From Plasmodiophora brassicae (taxonomy: Eukaryota), in NCBI GenBank assembly GCA_036867785.1, contig CP145411.1:558001-622000 (forward strand): a DNA stretch of 64,000 nt, in the 5' to 3' direction. The translations under genes were made by a program, and so were the position numbers. Every line of letters begins with the position of its first letter. The first letter of the stretch is position 1. This document shows positions 34,123-47,415 of the stretch, one piece after another. The notes under the pieces are model-generated. The model was not told the origin of the DNA and ran no database searches. It worked only from the letters and a program-made list of their open reading frames with translations.

Positions 34123-35576
34123 TTATGTTATAGGCGGGACATCCAGTTCAGGGAGCGGCTGCAGTTCATTGCCAACCATGCCGTCGATGAACCCGTCAAA
34201 TATTGTGGACAGCTCGGTGAAGACGTTGCCGATCGCATCATCGACCACGCTGTCGGCGACTCTGCCATTGCCACTCAATCGGATGTCCCGGTGCCACGCC
34301 CAGTCCAGGCGCCGACTTACGATTCCACGAGCTGCCATGGCATGATACCCGTCTGTTCATACAACCCACCCTGGGTTCGATTCACGAACTCGAGGTACTC
34401 GTCCCGGCACCGGTACAGGTCATCGCTACCCACACGTGGCGCCGGAAGCCCCGCTTGGTCTGCGTCATCATCGGGCACAAACCGCGATATCGCCGAGAGC
34501 TGATCGTCAGCCAGGCGAAGCGCCTGCTTCGCTCTGACACTCACGTCGGTCACGACGGCTTTTGCCTCTGTGTTTGCCTGCGGCTCCAGCAACCGACGAG
34601 CGATGCGCGCCTTCTCCCTTTGCAACTCGTCAACGGTTGTCCGAGAAGCCATCGCCTGGGTCAGATCCGTCTGGTTCAATGCCTGAACAGCATCCGTCAG
34701 CAGGTCGTCCAAGATGTCGTCGGCGAACGCGACGATGTCTTGCGGCCGCCGCTGCCCAGCTGGGCGTCGGTCCAGGTGCGCGACGATCGCTTCGGCATCC
34801 TCAATCAGTGGGGACATCGTCTCCCGCAGCGAGCTCGCTAGCCGCTGGGCGTCTTCAACAGACCGACACTGGGTCGCTGCACGACCCGCACGCGATACGA
34901 TCTCGCTCCTGCCGGTCGCCCTGTGAACCAGCCCCACATCAGCCGCGTAACGGGCCACAGGCGACCTGTCGCAAACGTACACGACGTCGCGAACGAGCAG
35001 GTGGGCAGCGTGCAGCGGGTCGCCATCGCCTTGGCGCTGTCGTTGCTCCTCACGAATCTGCCGTCGAATGTCGTCGAGGATGCGCAAAGCGGCCGCTCGT
35101 TCGCTCTCGATCTCGGACCGGGCCAATGGCGTTGGCGCCTGGCGCGTCGGCACGTCGTCCAGGCAGTCGGATTGCTCTTCCAGACGACGGGATTCCCGTT
35201 CGATCGCTTCCGAGATCGGCTTCAACAGCGGCACGGCTTTGGGATTCGGTGCTGATTTCGTTCGTCGATCGCGAGGCGGTCGCATAACGGCAACGGGAGC
35301 CGGTGGTGGTGGTGGTGGCGACTGTGGGCGCTCACCTACGTGGTCGAATCGCGACGAGACTTCCCAAGGCGGTGTGCCATAGCGCAGCCCGAGGGCGACG
35401 TCCTCTTCGGCCAGGCGCTGGCACCGTGCGATCGCCGCTTCGAGGTTGAACCGCAGCTGGGGTCGTGGCCGGACGGCAATCGACGGCGCCCGTCCGGGAA
35501 CCGGCGACGACGCTGCCGCCGCCGATGCGCTTTCCGCTGCCGATCGCCTGCTGAAACGCAGCTGAATCGTCGACAT
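34123..35576 (-). CDS. Coiled-coil protein resembling centriolar Moonraker (KIAA0753/OFIP)
   Basis: Spliced C-terminus PWQLVE..VADSVVDDAIGNVFTELSTIFDGFIDGMVGNEL resembles the recalled KIAA0753 tail [40 protein letters not shown]. N-terminal QLRFN..LAEEDV is also similar. Confidence 0.5.
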
Positions 35577-35687
35577 TCTGCCGGTCGTTCTAGAGGGGTG
35601 GTGGCGGCGCACCCAGTGCCAGAGCCCGCCCCGTGATTGGTCTGGGATGGATATGCGATTATACTCGAACATGGCGAATGGAGCACG

Positions 35688-38600
35688 CTAGTTGAGGAAC
35701 CCCCGGCAGCGTTTCGTGCCGCACCAGCACGGGATCTTATCTTCCTCCGGCTCGTCGGCGAACTTGTAGTCGTACGACAGCTCTTCGCCGGGTCGGATCG
35801 CTCGCAGCGCGTAGATCGCGATTCGACGTGTGGTGCCAACGGTCACTACCCGCGCTTTGCAATTCGGCATGCACGAATGGTTGATGTACCGCGCAAGGTT
35901 GCCCTGATGGTCCACAGTCAATTCGAACCGTCGTCGATACGTCACTGTTCATCGGTCCGACCTGCTTGGTAGCGTCGATGATCATGTCGTCGTCGACCTT
36001 GAAGAAGTACGATGAACCGATGCCGGATCGCTCGTACTGCTTCTCACGAATGTCGGCGACGCGCGCGGAGATGATCTCGCCAATGTATTCGATAACCAGC
36101 TCGCCAGCAAGCAGCGGCTCGGTCGTCCGAACGCCCCAGGCGTGAATGCTGGACCTAAACAATTGCAGGCTCTTCTTGCGGGACGCAAGCGCGTTGCCCT
36201 GCAGAACAGTACTTGCCGCTGGCAGTGCTATCACCAAGAGGTCAGTAAACGAAAAGGTGAACGGCACGACAGATTCGAACCTGCACAGAACCTTCGACGA
36301 TCGGCCCTGTCGCTTCGCCTTGACGACAGTACGTCAGCGGTGTCATCTGGTTCCTGGTTCTGGTCGCGTTTAGCGTCGGCGGCGAAACCTTGTTTGGGGG
36401 ACTTTGGCGCAGCTTGACGCTTGGCGAGGCGATAGAACCCTTCCGTGCGGACGCTTCCGGTCGCATGAACGGGTGGAAGCGATAACGACTCGGAACGGGC
36501 CGGTTCAGGCAGTTGATCTTGCTCGGCCATACCGTTGCCGGACGACGACGATATTGTAGGTGATGACGATGGCCGAGGCCTTTCCCGCTCTTCTTCGCCA
36601 AACGCCACTGACAACAGAAGGAAACACAAACAATCAATCCTCTTACTGGGTGTATTTGAAACGATCACGCTTACGCGAGTTCGCAGTGTCATCCGCGTTG
36701 TCCGACGAGAGCGGGTTGTCGCGTGATCGTTGAGACGACCCCTTCCTCGCTCCGGCTCGCCAATGCTTTGGAGAAACGACACCGCCCTGCCCAGCGGCAG
36801 ATGGCCTCCGTTGCGAGCGCGATCTGGCCATGGAAATTTCATCAGGTGGTTCTCCATCAGACCCGGAAGATTGATCGTCGGCACCGCTGTCACCACGTGG
36901 TGGCGGTTGGGCGGACGACAATGCATCGCCAGCGCCAGAGCGGAACTTTTCGCACGCATCGCAGGCCCATTGACGGGGGATTCGTCGAACCGGTGGTTGC
37001 ATACAATAAATATGAAGAGCAGAGGTGCAGCCGGGAGACGGCATGCCAGCCTCACGCGAAGAGCATATCGCCATCTGATCCTGGTCATCGCTGGCACCAC
37101 AGAACCCACATGGCAAACTGCTGGTTTGCGACGCCGAAGGCCGATCAACGACGGTTGGCGCATCAGCACGGGGCGCAGACGAAGACCGTGTCCTCCTCAA
37201 CTTAGCCGGGTGCACATCGGGCGTGGCGTGCCTGCCTGATTCTGATGCCTGCGTGGACTTCCTTGACAATGCCGGCTCAGGCATGATTGCCGGCTGTCCA
37301 GAAACAGCAGGAGCGGACGGTCCCGGTGGTTGATCTGGCAAAGACGGCGCCCGCTGACTCGAATCACTTGCGTTAATCGTTTCCCGTGGCTTGGGCACAT
37401 GAGGTCTCCCAGCCCATTCCTCGAGAAAAGCAAAGACCGGCGCCTCGACAACGTCCCGCCAGGCATGCTCAGCGACTGTATGGAGCAACGCTTCACACAC
37501 GACATTGACGCACTCGTCGATCAGAGCGGGCTGTTGGGGAGCCACTTCCTCCACCGTTGACGGAGCAACAGATTCGGTTGGCAGCTGTGCTAAGATTATG
37601 GTCTTAGACGGCTGTGGAACCTCAACGCCGACGGCGTCGTCCGCAATCTCAGAAGAGTGCAAGTTCAAGTCGGGGGTTTCGGGAGGAGGTCGAGACGACA
37701 GTGCCACCCAGGGTACAACAGATATAACGGAGCCATGAACAGCGGTGCCGTGAAACGCATCGACGACATTGTCGCGACGCTCAGCTGATTCGAATGATAC
37801 TCTCCAGCCATCCACTGCATAGCAAACCTGCCAAAGAGATTGTCAACAGTGCGCATGTATATGCATGAACCAGCAAATGACGGCACCTCAGTAGGATTGA
37901 ACGAGCGAAAAAACTGGGAGACAAAATCCCAATTACACTCATCAGGAAGGTTCTTGACAAAGACACTGGATCCCATATGAGACAACGAAGCTTCTGCTGT
38001 AGAACCCGACGAATTGAATTCGCCAAGCTCCACGCTGACAGCGACGGGAGATATTGTCGAATCAGGTGGCGCAATAGTGGTCACGTCGTCGCGAATCGAG
38101 AGCGGCGGTCGTGGCCGGACGGCACTGGACGAAACGCGTTCTCTTTCTCGAGCCGCATCAAGAGGCGGCGTAACTGCTCGTAGCGGGCGAGGTCTCAACG
38201 CCTCGGCATCACGGTCTTGCTGGTCGCGAGGAAAACTAAACGAATCACCAAATTCCTGCCTTTGGTGCCCGGGAGAGCGATACGGCCGGCCCCGATTCGA
38301 ATATACGTCGCGTCGAGGCCCTTTCCGATCGAATTTTCTCCTCGGAGGACCGGCGGTATCGGCAAACCCATCAGAGACGGCCCTTCGCATTGCCTGGACA
38401 TTGGCCGCAAACAGACTCGCTTGTGGAGGTAGAGACGCTCGTCCGCGTTGCGACGCCAGGTCGGGATGGGATGCCTCGTCAAGCTGTCCTGCTGCTCTCG
38501 GATGCGGCTGAGCATGCGGTTCTCTGTGGCGCTCGCCCTTCGAGTGGTAGCCCCGAAAAACATGCCGCCCACGATGATGGCCGAACGATCTTTCACGGTC

Positions 38601-38798
38601 ATCCCTTGGATTTCGCCCGCCCGATCGCGACCGTGAGCGACGATCCCTCCTGGGCGACATCGTCGACGATTGCCTGGGTGACGCGCGTTGCGATGACGAA
38701 GATGACGAGCGCCCCCATCGTTGCCGCTCGGCGGGCGATGCCGACCGCGACGACACGCTGTCCAGCAACGACGGCGAACGGGATCGATGCGACGCCAT
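35688..38798 (-). CDS. SET1: SET1-like histone H3K4 methyltransferase (RS-rich, RRM, PHD, WIN/N-SET, SET, post-SET)
   Basis: VFVKNLP (RRM), CGFC...HIYC...WACDAC (PHD), GSVRTEGFY (WIN), [39 protein letters not shown] and [13 protein letters not shown]. Confidence 0.92.
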
Positions 38799-39180
38799 GC
38801 CGACCTGCACGATCACCTTCCCTGCGATTGCATCACTACCGCTTGCATGCAGGTCGATCGTCCTCGTCGTGGTCGAAAGCCAGCGCGACTGGCGCCGCCG
38901 TCCAAAATCGAGCAATAGGCGACTGCCGGATCCCCTGAGGGCGGTCGGACTCGGTTGGTTGGGCGGGATCAAGCGGCGAGCCACACGCAGTGGGCGTCCG
39001 CGATTTTCCGCGCAGACTTCACACTGGCGCACTCGTTTGCCTGGCCGTTTTTTTTGGGGGTTCTCCTCCAACTTCGATCGTTCCAAATGTACAAATACCG
39101 CTACGAGGCTGCCGCGTGCACTGCTGTGCGATTACATACGCGGCGTATTTATCGGGGCGACACTGCCGCTGGCAACCTTG

Positions 39181-39842
39181 TCACTTGGAACCTTCCTTCT
39201 GCCAAGGTTCGTACTGACGCGGCACCTCGTCCTTCTCGTTCAGGAAGTGGCCAGGCGGGTACCAGGCATCCTTGGTGAACGTCTTGTTGTCCTCGTGCGG
39301 TAGCTGCCATTTATGTTTCGCTTGGTGGAGCTGATCGACTTGTCAAACGCGACATGTGAAAATTCAGGGTATCAACCGAACCTCGTCGGGCGTTTGATCA
39401 CTCATGTAATGCAGCCTGTGGAACGGTCAGCATCTGGCGCGACGGTCGAGTGCTTTGACCCTACCAAGGGTGCCATTCGGGGGTCACCTACGCATTGTCA
39501 GTGGCAGGCAGCTGACGAATAAAACAGGACTACCTGGCTGGCATCGTAATACGAAGGGTTAGCGTACTCGACCCAGCGGTTCCTACCGGCCTGGGTGATA
39601 TCAGAACAGCAATTATGCAGCGTTGGCAATATTACCTGTTCAGAGAGGGACTCGAAATACCGGTTCCCGTTGGCATCCTGAACGTTCCCCTGATTAGTGC
39701 CAGAATTTCATCCGCCAACGACGGATGTGCGTACCACTCCCTTCAACGCCCCGATTTTCAGCTCGTTCGTCATACGCAGCGTGCGGAAAGCGTGGCGCAC
39801 ACCGACCTGACGAACGTACTTGATGACGTCGAGCAGTGTCAT
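39181..39842 (-). CDS. NDUFA12: NADH:ubiquinone oxidoreductase subunit B17.2, multi-exon
   Basis: KIGALKG, DANGNRYFE, GRNRWVEY, YDASQV, EWHPWLHY and AWYPPGH...YEPW. Confidence 0.85.
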
Positions 39843-40191
39843 ACCGAAGCGGCCGCCCGACGGCGCTCCACGGCTGCACACGACAAATTCGGCAAGTGGT
39901 CCGCGCGAAAAACGCAGCAGAACGTTGCGTTCGGGAACCCAGATCTTTTTAGGACGCCTTCGCAGATGCCTGAAGGCCATCTAACGGCAGCCAATGGTAG
40001 GGACAAACCAATAACAGAATTTCTTCAATGTGCGTTCAGAGAAGAAGTATCGTCGCGGGAACGTCAGGGATCACTTTCGACCAGCGGCGATAGGTACTGA
40101 CCGTGCTTATCGCTGTAGTGGACATTGTTGGTGCGCCATCCGGATGCAGATTTCCTTGGTTGGAGGCCAGATCGAAGTTGGTACAGGCGCT

Positions 40192-41792
40192 ATGGAACCG
40201 GCGACGTTGACCTTCCTCACTATAGGTAAAGCTGGTCATCGGCCAGGGCAGCGACAGCGACTAAACAATGTGTCGTCGAAGTCGCGGCGGTCTGCTGTAC
40301 ATCGGACGCGTCAGTAATGTTCCCGGACGCCGAACCTGGCAGCGTCCTGTATCGGTCGTCGTTCTACAGTCCACCGATGACGACCTATCTGGGTGCCCAG
40401 TCCGGGACCCTGCCAGCTGTTGCTCCGATCAGCGTCTTCACAGGGGACGCTTGCTCTGCTGCTGATATCGTTGTTCCCAGCAACAGCGTTGTCGTTGTCA
40501 CGCAAGGCAGCCCGTGCTCTTTCGAGACGCAGTACAGTAATGTGCTACAAAGTGGAGCGGTTGCATACATCTGTAAGAAGAACCTACCAGACTCATGCGG
40601 CCCTTGACGGTGCTCCATGTTCAGCTCTGACGACCGTCGAGGTACCATCATTGAACGCTTACGTTAACGACCCGCACAGCAGACACATACCGAATGATCG
40701 TCTCCCCATACCCTACGTGTATGTGCAAGTGACACCCGAGGCCCAGGACGCAATCCTGTCCGCGTCGCCCAACACGACCGTCAGCGTCGCTCCTGACCAT
40801 AATGTCTGGGTGGACGTCTACGGCTCCTGGCAGTATCAGTTGCTGTTGAGATGGGTGCCTGCGATGATCTTCACGATGTCCGGCTGTATGGCGGCCCTTT
40901 TCCTGTTCCAGCACATGCGTATCGTCGTGGGTGCAACGGAGCCGAACGCAAGGCGCCGCTGGCGCACTCTATGTCGATCTATCGCTTCCCGCCTCAGCCT
41001 GCCGCATTTCACGCTGGCTCTCGAAATCTCGACCACGTTCCCACTGGTACCCACGACGTGCTGGATCGTTCCGCCTCCGCATTCACCGCCTACTGTGACC
41101 AATAGGCCATCGAGAGCGCCATCGGCGGGTTTTACTCGACCGGCAACCTTCCCGGGCCGGTCCATAACCTCTTCCTGACCAGCCTGTCCGGGTTCGGGTT
41201 TGTCAGCACGATCTTATCGGCGACGTTCTGGAACAAGTGCCTCGACCAGATCGACATACGGGAGGCGAAGTCGGCCAGCGTATTGACGCGAATCATACGA
41301 GGTGATCGCCTGATCTACACCGTTGCGCTATGTGCCATCCCCCTGGCATTCGACATCGTCGTCTGCATCGCCTACGCGATGTACTTCGACCTGAAGTACC
41401 CGCTGATCGATATCGCCAACGGGGCCATGTTCGCCCTGTTGCAGCTGGTCGTTGGCATGCATTTCCTGTACGGCGCCGTGTCGTACCGGATCGAGGCGAA
41501 GAAGATCGTTGAGGCTGTCACGACCAACAACCGCGACAAGAAGATGAATGCCCTGTTGCATCGGCTTAGCCGATATGCGATCCTCCTGGGCCTATCCATG
41601 ATCACGTACGTGGCCGGCGCGGCCATCATCGCCGGCTGGCCCGAGTTCTTCTTCTCGCCTCGCGGCTGGATGATCTCCTGGTCGCTTACGAACATCGGCC
41701 GAGCCTGCGAAAGCCTGTGGCACGTCCTCATGTTCCGGCCGCGGTCGTCGCCAGTCCAGAACCCGGCCTCGGTGCCGACCTCCCCATACTAA
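40192..41792 (+). CDS. Signal peptide + PA-like ectodomain + about 7 TM receptor-like protein
   Basis: FTGDAC...SVVVVTQGSPCSFETQYSNVLQSGAVAYI, HNVWVDVYGSWQYQLLLRWVP, PHFTLALE, LHRLSRYA and GRACES..HVLMFRPR. Paralog of 28251-29717. Confidence 0.7.
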
Positions 41793-41863
41793 TACGTAAT
41801 AAACGCGATTTGTCTGGATGTTCGAGAGCGGTCTCGCCCGGTGGGACGGGTTCCACTTGCGTC

Positions 41864-43695
41864 ATGGCCGCCCTCCAAGCGGGGTTCACGATCTTCACGA
41901 TCGTGGCCGCGTCGTTGATTGTTGCCAGCGCCTGCCTGCTGCTGCTGATCAGGTTCGGGCACCCGGACGACCGCGTCGGCGCCTGGTTCCCGAAGGTGGT
42001 CACCGTCCTCGGATTGTACCTGTCGGCCGGCACCATCCTCGCCATGCCGCTCGACGTCGCCAACACGCAGATGAGGATCGGCCTGCCCATGGACCAGGTC
42101 TGGGCCGGCATCTTCATCACCATCGTCACCGCCATCACCGTCGTCGTCCCCTACGCGTTCTTCTTCTACGAATCCGATAGCGATCCGTATGGGGCGGGCG
42201 ATCACGTCGCGCTCCAGAACAGCGTCTGACGTCGGTTGAACGTTAGCAACGGGGCTGGAGGCGCTGTCGCTGCCTGCGGTAAGCAGACGTGGACCGCGCT
42301 ACTGTACACGCTCGCCACCGTCGTCGTGTTCGGCTTGATCCTCGGCGTGGCGTATTACTACCTGCACGTTGCCGAGGTGCCTCTGCAGCAACAGAGGCGC
42401 AGCGCCATGTCATTATCGCCGGCCTACCCGCCGTCTGGTGCCGACATGGTCTTCCAGTGTGATTCTGCAACGGTTACTGGCCTCGGCAGCGAAACGGCGA
42501 TTCGCACTGCTGATTAGGCTCGTGCAGGGCTGTGACACCGTTCCGGTGCAGTGGAATCAGCCGGTGTCGTTCGCGATCTTCAGCGGCGCGGTCGCCTCGT
42601 TCCTCGGCTGGTTCTTCTTCACGTTGTTCGGCGGCATCGGGCTCGTGGCCCTGCCCGTCGATCTGATCAACGAGTTCCGGACGCGTCCCGCCCGCATGAC
42701 GGTCGCCGAGTACGCGAAGCAGAGGGTGGCCCTGGGGCGTCGCGCCACCGCCCTGCTCCTTCTGGCCGCCGCACTCGACAGGAGCACCCGCCTCATGACA
42801 CGCAGGAGCAAGCGCAGGGATCGCACGACGCTGAACAGGCTCGAGGTCGAGGTCCACGCCCTGAAACGCGACAAGCGCCTCCTCGAGGAATCGTACTACC
42901 TGAAGGGCGGCAACCCGGTCTTCTACTTTGCCAAGCTCGTCGCCGGCGTCTTCGCGTCAGTCGGTGGCACGACAGCCCACTCCTGGCGTTCGTCTGACTT
43001 GTCGCCAGGCTGAACCTCACCCTGACCTGGACGGTGCACATTGCTGTGTTCGTGCTGGCCGGACAGCAGACCCCGTTCCTGAACCAGCTGTTCCTGGACC
43101 TGACGACGGGCATCGCCGGGTTCGGCCTGTTCGGCGTGCTCTCGTTCGCTGCCTACGCCCTGTACCTGCTGGCGTGCTGCGTCAAGGGCGTCTTCCGCCT
43201 TGGGCTTCGCATCCCGTGCCTGATCCGCATCTACCCGATGGAGCTCGGCAACACCATGATGAACGCGTTCCTGTTCAACACCTGGATCGTCCTGATCTGC
43301 ACGATCCCGGTCGCGCATGTCAGTACGAATCAGCGTTCCGGTTCGCGAGACGACCATCCGAATCGGTTGTTTGTTCCAGTTCTGTACGATCGCGTTCGGC
43401 CCGTACGTCAGCGGGACCAGCGTCCGCGCCATCTTTGGCGTCCAGGTCTTCTACCTGAAAGTCTTCCGGCTGCTCTGGGCCAACAACGCGTTCATCTGGG
43501 CCATGCTGGCCGTCATGGCCCTGACCTGCGTCGGCATGGTCGCGTTCCCGAAGGACAAGGTCGGTCGTCTGGGTCGTTTGGTTGGGGTTGGCACTGAGGA
43601 GCACGCTCCCCTCCCCGCAGGCGCTGGAGATCGACCGACGATTGCAGCAGCAGGTCGACGACCTGGAGAGTGGTGGCATAGACGCGCTGGAGTGA
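41864..43695 (+). CDS. LMBR1-domain (LIMR family) membrane protein, copy 1
   Basis: HPDDRVGAWFPKVV, LAMPLDVAN, PYAFFFYESD, GLVALPVDLI and IYPMELGNTMMNAFLFN. Confidence 0.9.
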
Positions 43696-43804
43696 CAATG
43701 AACGAGCGGAAGGTTGCGCCCATGTCGTCGTGACGGCCGGGCTCGTTACAGGACGGGCGATGCACATCGTATAACGTAGTCGGGCGGGTGCTCACGCCAG
43801 CACC

Positions 43805-45618
43805 ATGGTGGCGGCATCGGCCGGGTTCCTCGTGTTCTCGGTCGTCGCCATGTCCTGCATCATCATCGTCGGCTGCGTCCTGATGCTGATCACGTTCGGG
43901 CACCCGGACGACCGCGTCGGCGCCTGGTTCCCGAAGCTGGTGACCCTGGCCGGCTTCTACCTGTCGTTCGCGTCCATCCTGGCCCTGCCCCTCGACGTCG
44001 CCAACTCGCGCCTCGGCGCCGGCCTGGACATGACGGCGATCTGGACCACCATCTTCATCTGCATCATCGTCATGGTGGTCATCATCGTCCCGTACGCCTT
44101 CTTCTTCTACGAATCCGACACCAGCCCGTACGTCGTGGCGTGGGCCGCCGCCTGTCGAATGGCGCGCGCCGTTGACCCGTCTCGTAGGGATGCGGGGCAA
44201 GGGGCGGGCGCTGCCTGGACCGGCCAGGCCGGCACCGCCCTCCAGTACACGGTGATCGCGTTCATCGTCTTCGGCCTGATCCTGGGCCTGATGTACTTCT
44301 ACGAGGACACGGCCACGATCACGCTGTCGTGGCAGAAACGCGAGGCGAACCTGGCCAACTTCTCCCAGGTGTACCCGCCGACCTCGGTGCAGGCCAGCGG
44401 GGGCAAGTTCATCTGCAAATCGCAGGACATCGCACCCATGTCGTGCAACAACTCGACGGGACAGTGGACGACGAACGTCTCGTTCCTTGTGTTCTGCGGC
44501 GCCATCATATCGTTCATCGGTTGGTTCTTCTTCATGTTCTTCTGCTCGATCGGCCTGATCGCGCTGCCGATCGACCTGATCAACGAGTTCCGCACGAGGC
44601 CCGTGCGCATGACGGTCCAGGAGTACGCCAAGGAGAAGATCGCGGTCGGCAAGCGCGCCAGCACGCTGCTTGCCATGGCGCAGGAGCTCCAGAAGAACAA
44701 GACCAACCTGGACCGCGCCGTCAGCCGGAAGAACAGGCGGTCGGACCGGGAGATACAGAACCGGCTCGAGGCCGAAGTGCAGCGCCTCAAGCACGACAAG
44801 CGGATGCTGGAGGTGTCGTACCATCAGAAGGGCGGCAACCCGGTCGTCTACTTTGCCAAGCTGAACGCCGGCCTGCTCGGGTGATCGACTTGCTAACGGA
44901 GCGGGCCGTTCGTCCACGCCTGACATTGCGGTCGTAGGTTAAGCCTGTCGTGTACGTGGTTCGTGCAGATCTGCGTCTTCCTGCTGCCCGTGGTGAAGAA
45001 CCCGTTCCTGAACGTGCTGTTCATGGACCTGAGCCTGCCGGGCTTCTCGCTGATGGGCGACATGGCGTTCGGGTTCTACTCCATGTACCTGATCCTATGC
45101 TGCATCAAGGGCGTGTTTCGCCTGGGTCTGCGCATACCCTGGTGCCTTCGTGTCTACCCGATGGAGATCGGCAACACCATGATGAACGCGTTCCTGTTCA
45201 ACACATGGCTGACGCTGATCTGCACGATCCCCGTCGTTCAGGTCAGCTCATGCGTCGTATGATCGCGTTCACGTCGTGCCTGACAGAGGTATGCCTCTTT
45301 AGTTCTGCGTCATCAACTTCAGCATGTACGCGAACGACACGAGCGTCCGGGGCATCTTCGGGACGCAGATCTTCTACCTGTCGTTCTTCCGGATGATCTT
45401 CTACCACGACGCGTACATCTTCGCCATGTTCGCCATCATGTTCGTCACGGTCGTCGCCATGGTCGCCGACCCGAAGGACAAGGTAACGCACGGCGCCTCC
45501 TACCCGGGGCGGCGCCCGCCGTTGCTGACCGATCGTCTGCGTCCTTGTGCACCAGGCGCTCGAGATCGAGAAGAAGCTGAAGGTATTCGAGAAGGAGGAC
45601 CTGGAGAACAACGTCTGA
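43805..45618 (+). CDS. LMBR1-domain (LIMR family) membrane protein, copy 2
   Basis: Same motifs (HPDDRVGAWFPKLV, LALPLDVAN, GLIALPIDLI, YPMEIGNTMMNAFLFN). Tandem paralog of copy 1. Confidence 0.9.
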
Positions 45619-45851
45619 CGATAAATATCGCGATGGGCGTCCGACCTGATGATGTAAGTGCGGATCCTGAGCAGCGGACGACTCGGGAGTCGGCCGCCCG
45701 CCCGGCGCAACGTGCAGCCGCGAAGTTGCCCTAAAATAGCGCGCGACGCCAGGAATAGTCGCCCGAGCCACCGACCGAACGAGGCCGACCAGTCGTTGAG
45801 GCCGTCGCTCGCGCGCTTGCAGATCCACTCCCCTGACGTGGCGGTCGAGCC

Positions 45852-47296
45852 ATGTCCTGTAGTGTCGCCCAGGTCGTCGTTCTGCTGCTTGCCGTCGTCG
45901 CTGCCGTCCATGGGTCGTCTGCATCGTCGGCGCTGGGTTCGGAGCTGGCGCCGATGCCCGCCTCGTTCGAGGGCGCGCCACTGTCCCCTGGACGTACCCG
46001 CGCCGTTATCGATAGGCAAGACGCAGCGATCGAGCAATTGGAAGACATGTGTGAGAGGCAGGCAGCCGACCTCGACCAGGCACGGCAGCGCGAACGAGAC
46101 GCTAGCAGAACGCTCGCCAAGCTCAAGGGCGACCTGTCGCGTAGTCTGCAGGCGTGCGAGGTGGACCACCAACCTCTCCTGGAAGCACACCAGGCCTGTC
46201 CTGAGGAGAAGGCGAAACAGCAAGCACAGATATCGGATCTTGTTCGCCAGCGTCGGCACCTGGAGAGTCAGGTCCAGCGTCTACAGGCGGCCCTCGAAGG
46301 CAGCAATGCCTTGAGACGGAAGGCCCTGGAAGACAAGGCGGCGTTGTTCAGCAAGCTGGAGGCATGCAGGCAGATGGCCCAGCAAGACGCCGACTGGCGG
46401 TCCATGTTGATGGAACGCGATGAAGAACTGGCGGCCGCGACGGCCGAGATTGCATCCCTGACCAGGTCGCTGGCTGAGCGTGAGGCCGACCTGGCCCTGG
46501 CCGTCGAGCAGCTACGTGAATTGCAGCTGGTCTGCAGGGACGACCACGAGATCCACCAACGGGGCGGGAACGGCGTTGCCATAACAGCAACACGGCCCTG
46601 GACGACGAGCCCAACAGTGCCTACGTTGGAGCAGGAGCTTCAGAGGGCGGGATATGACAATTCCCTACCAGAACACATCGTGGAGGATCAGAATGCGTCC
46701 AAAGACGGTACCAGTGAAACGGTTGGTGAACCGCCTGCACCTGGCGCAGAGGGGCCGTGCTCTTGTAGGCGATCGCCGACCCCATCGCCAGAGCAGGAAT
46801 GTCAGACAGCAAGGCCGGGTATCGCTCCGGGACCGACGATCAAGGCACAGAGCGCGCCGCACGCCGCCGCCACCGAGTCGAACGTCGCAGGGGCCCGAAA
46901 CGACCAGGCGCATCGGTTGTCGCGATTGCAGGTCTGGTCGTGCACTGTGTGGAGAGAACGCCCACCGGTTGCCCTGATGCGTGTTGTGAACAGGCGGGCA
47001 TCGGGTTAGCCGCGGGCGTCGTCCTTGGCACTACCGCCACCGAGGCACGGCACCGCTACAGGCGGTACCCGGCCACCACGAAGACGCGGGATGCACCCGC
47101 TCGACACTGGTCATCGTCCGTCGTCCTGCCGACTGTCCTGGTTGGCGTCCTCGCATCAGCAGCGTTCATGTCCCGTGATGCCCCGCGCCTATCGTCTCGC
47201 GTGTCGCCCGTCGCTCCCGGCAGCGACTGCCTGCCTGGACGGCCAACCTGGGTCGCGTTCGCCGCCGTCGTCGTGTCGCTGGCGTCCTGCCTGTGA
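45852..47296 (+). CDS. Signal peptide + long coiled-coil protein with C-terminal hydrophobic segments
   Basis: MSCSVAQVVVLLLAVVAAVHG, then a heptad-rich E/A/L/Q/R region. Probable intron at 46932-46993, then hydrophobic segments. Confidence 0.6.
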
Positions 47297-47415
47297 TTCG
47301 TCGAGCGTCCCGCCCGGTGCGAATAAACGCATGGGCAGCTGTTTAAGGATGGTCGGGCGCCCGGCGCGTGTGAACGGATCGGTCCGCGGGTGGACCGGCC
47401 GGTGCCCCACAAGAC

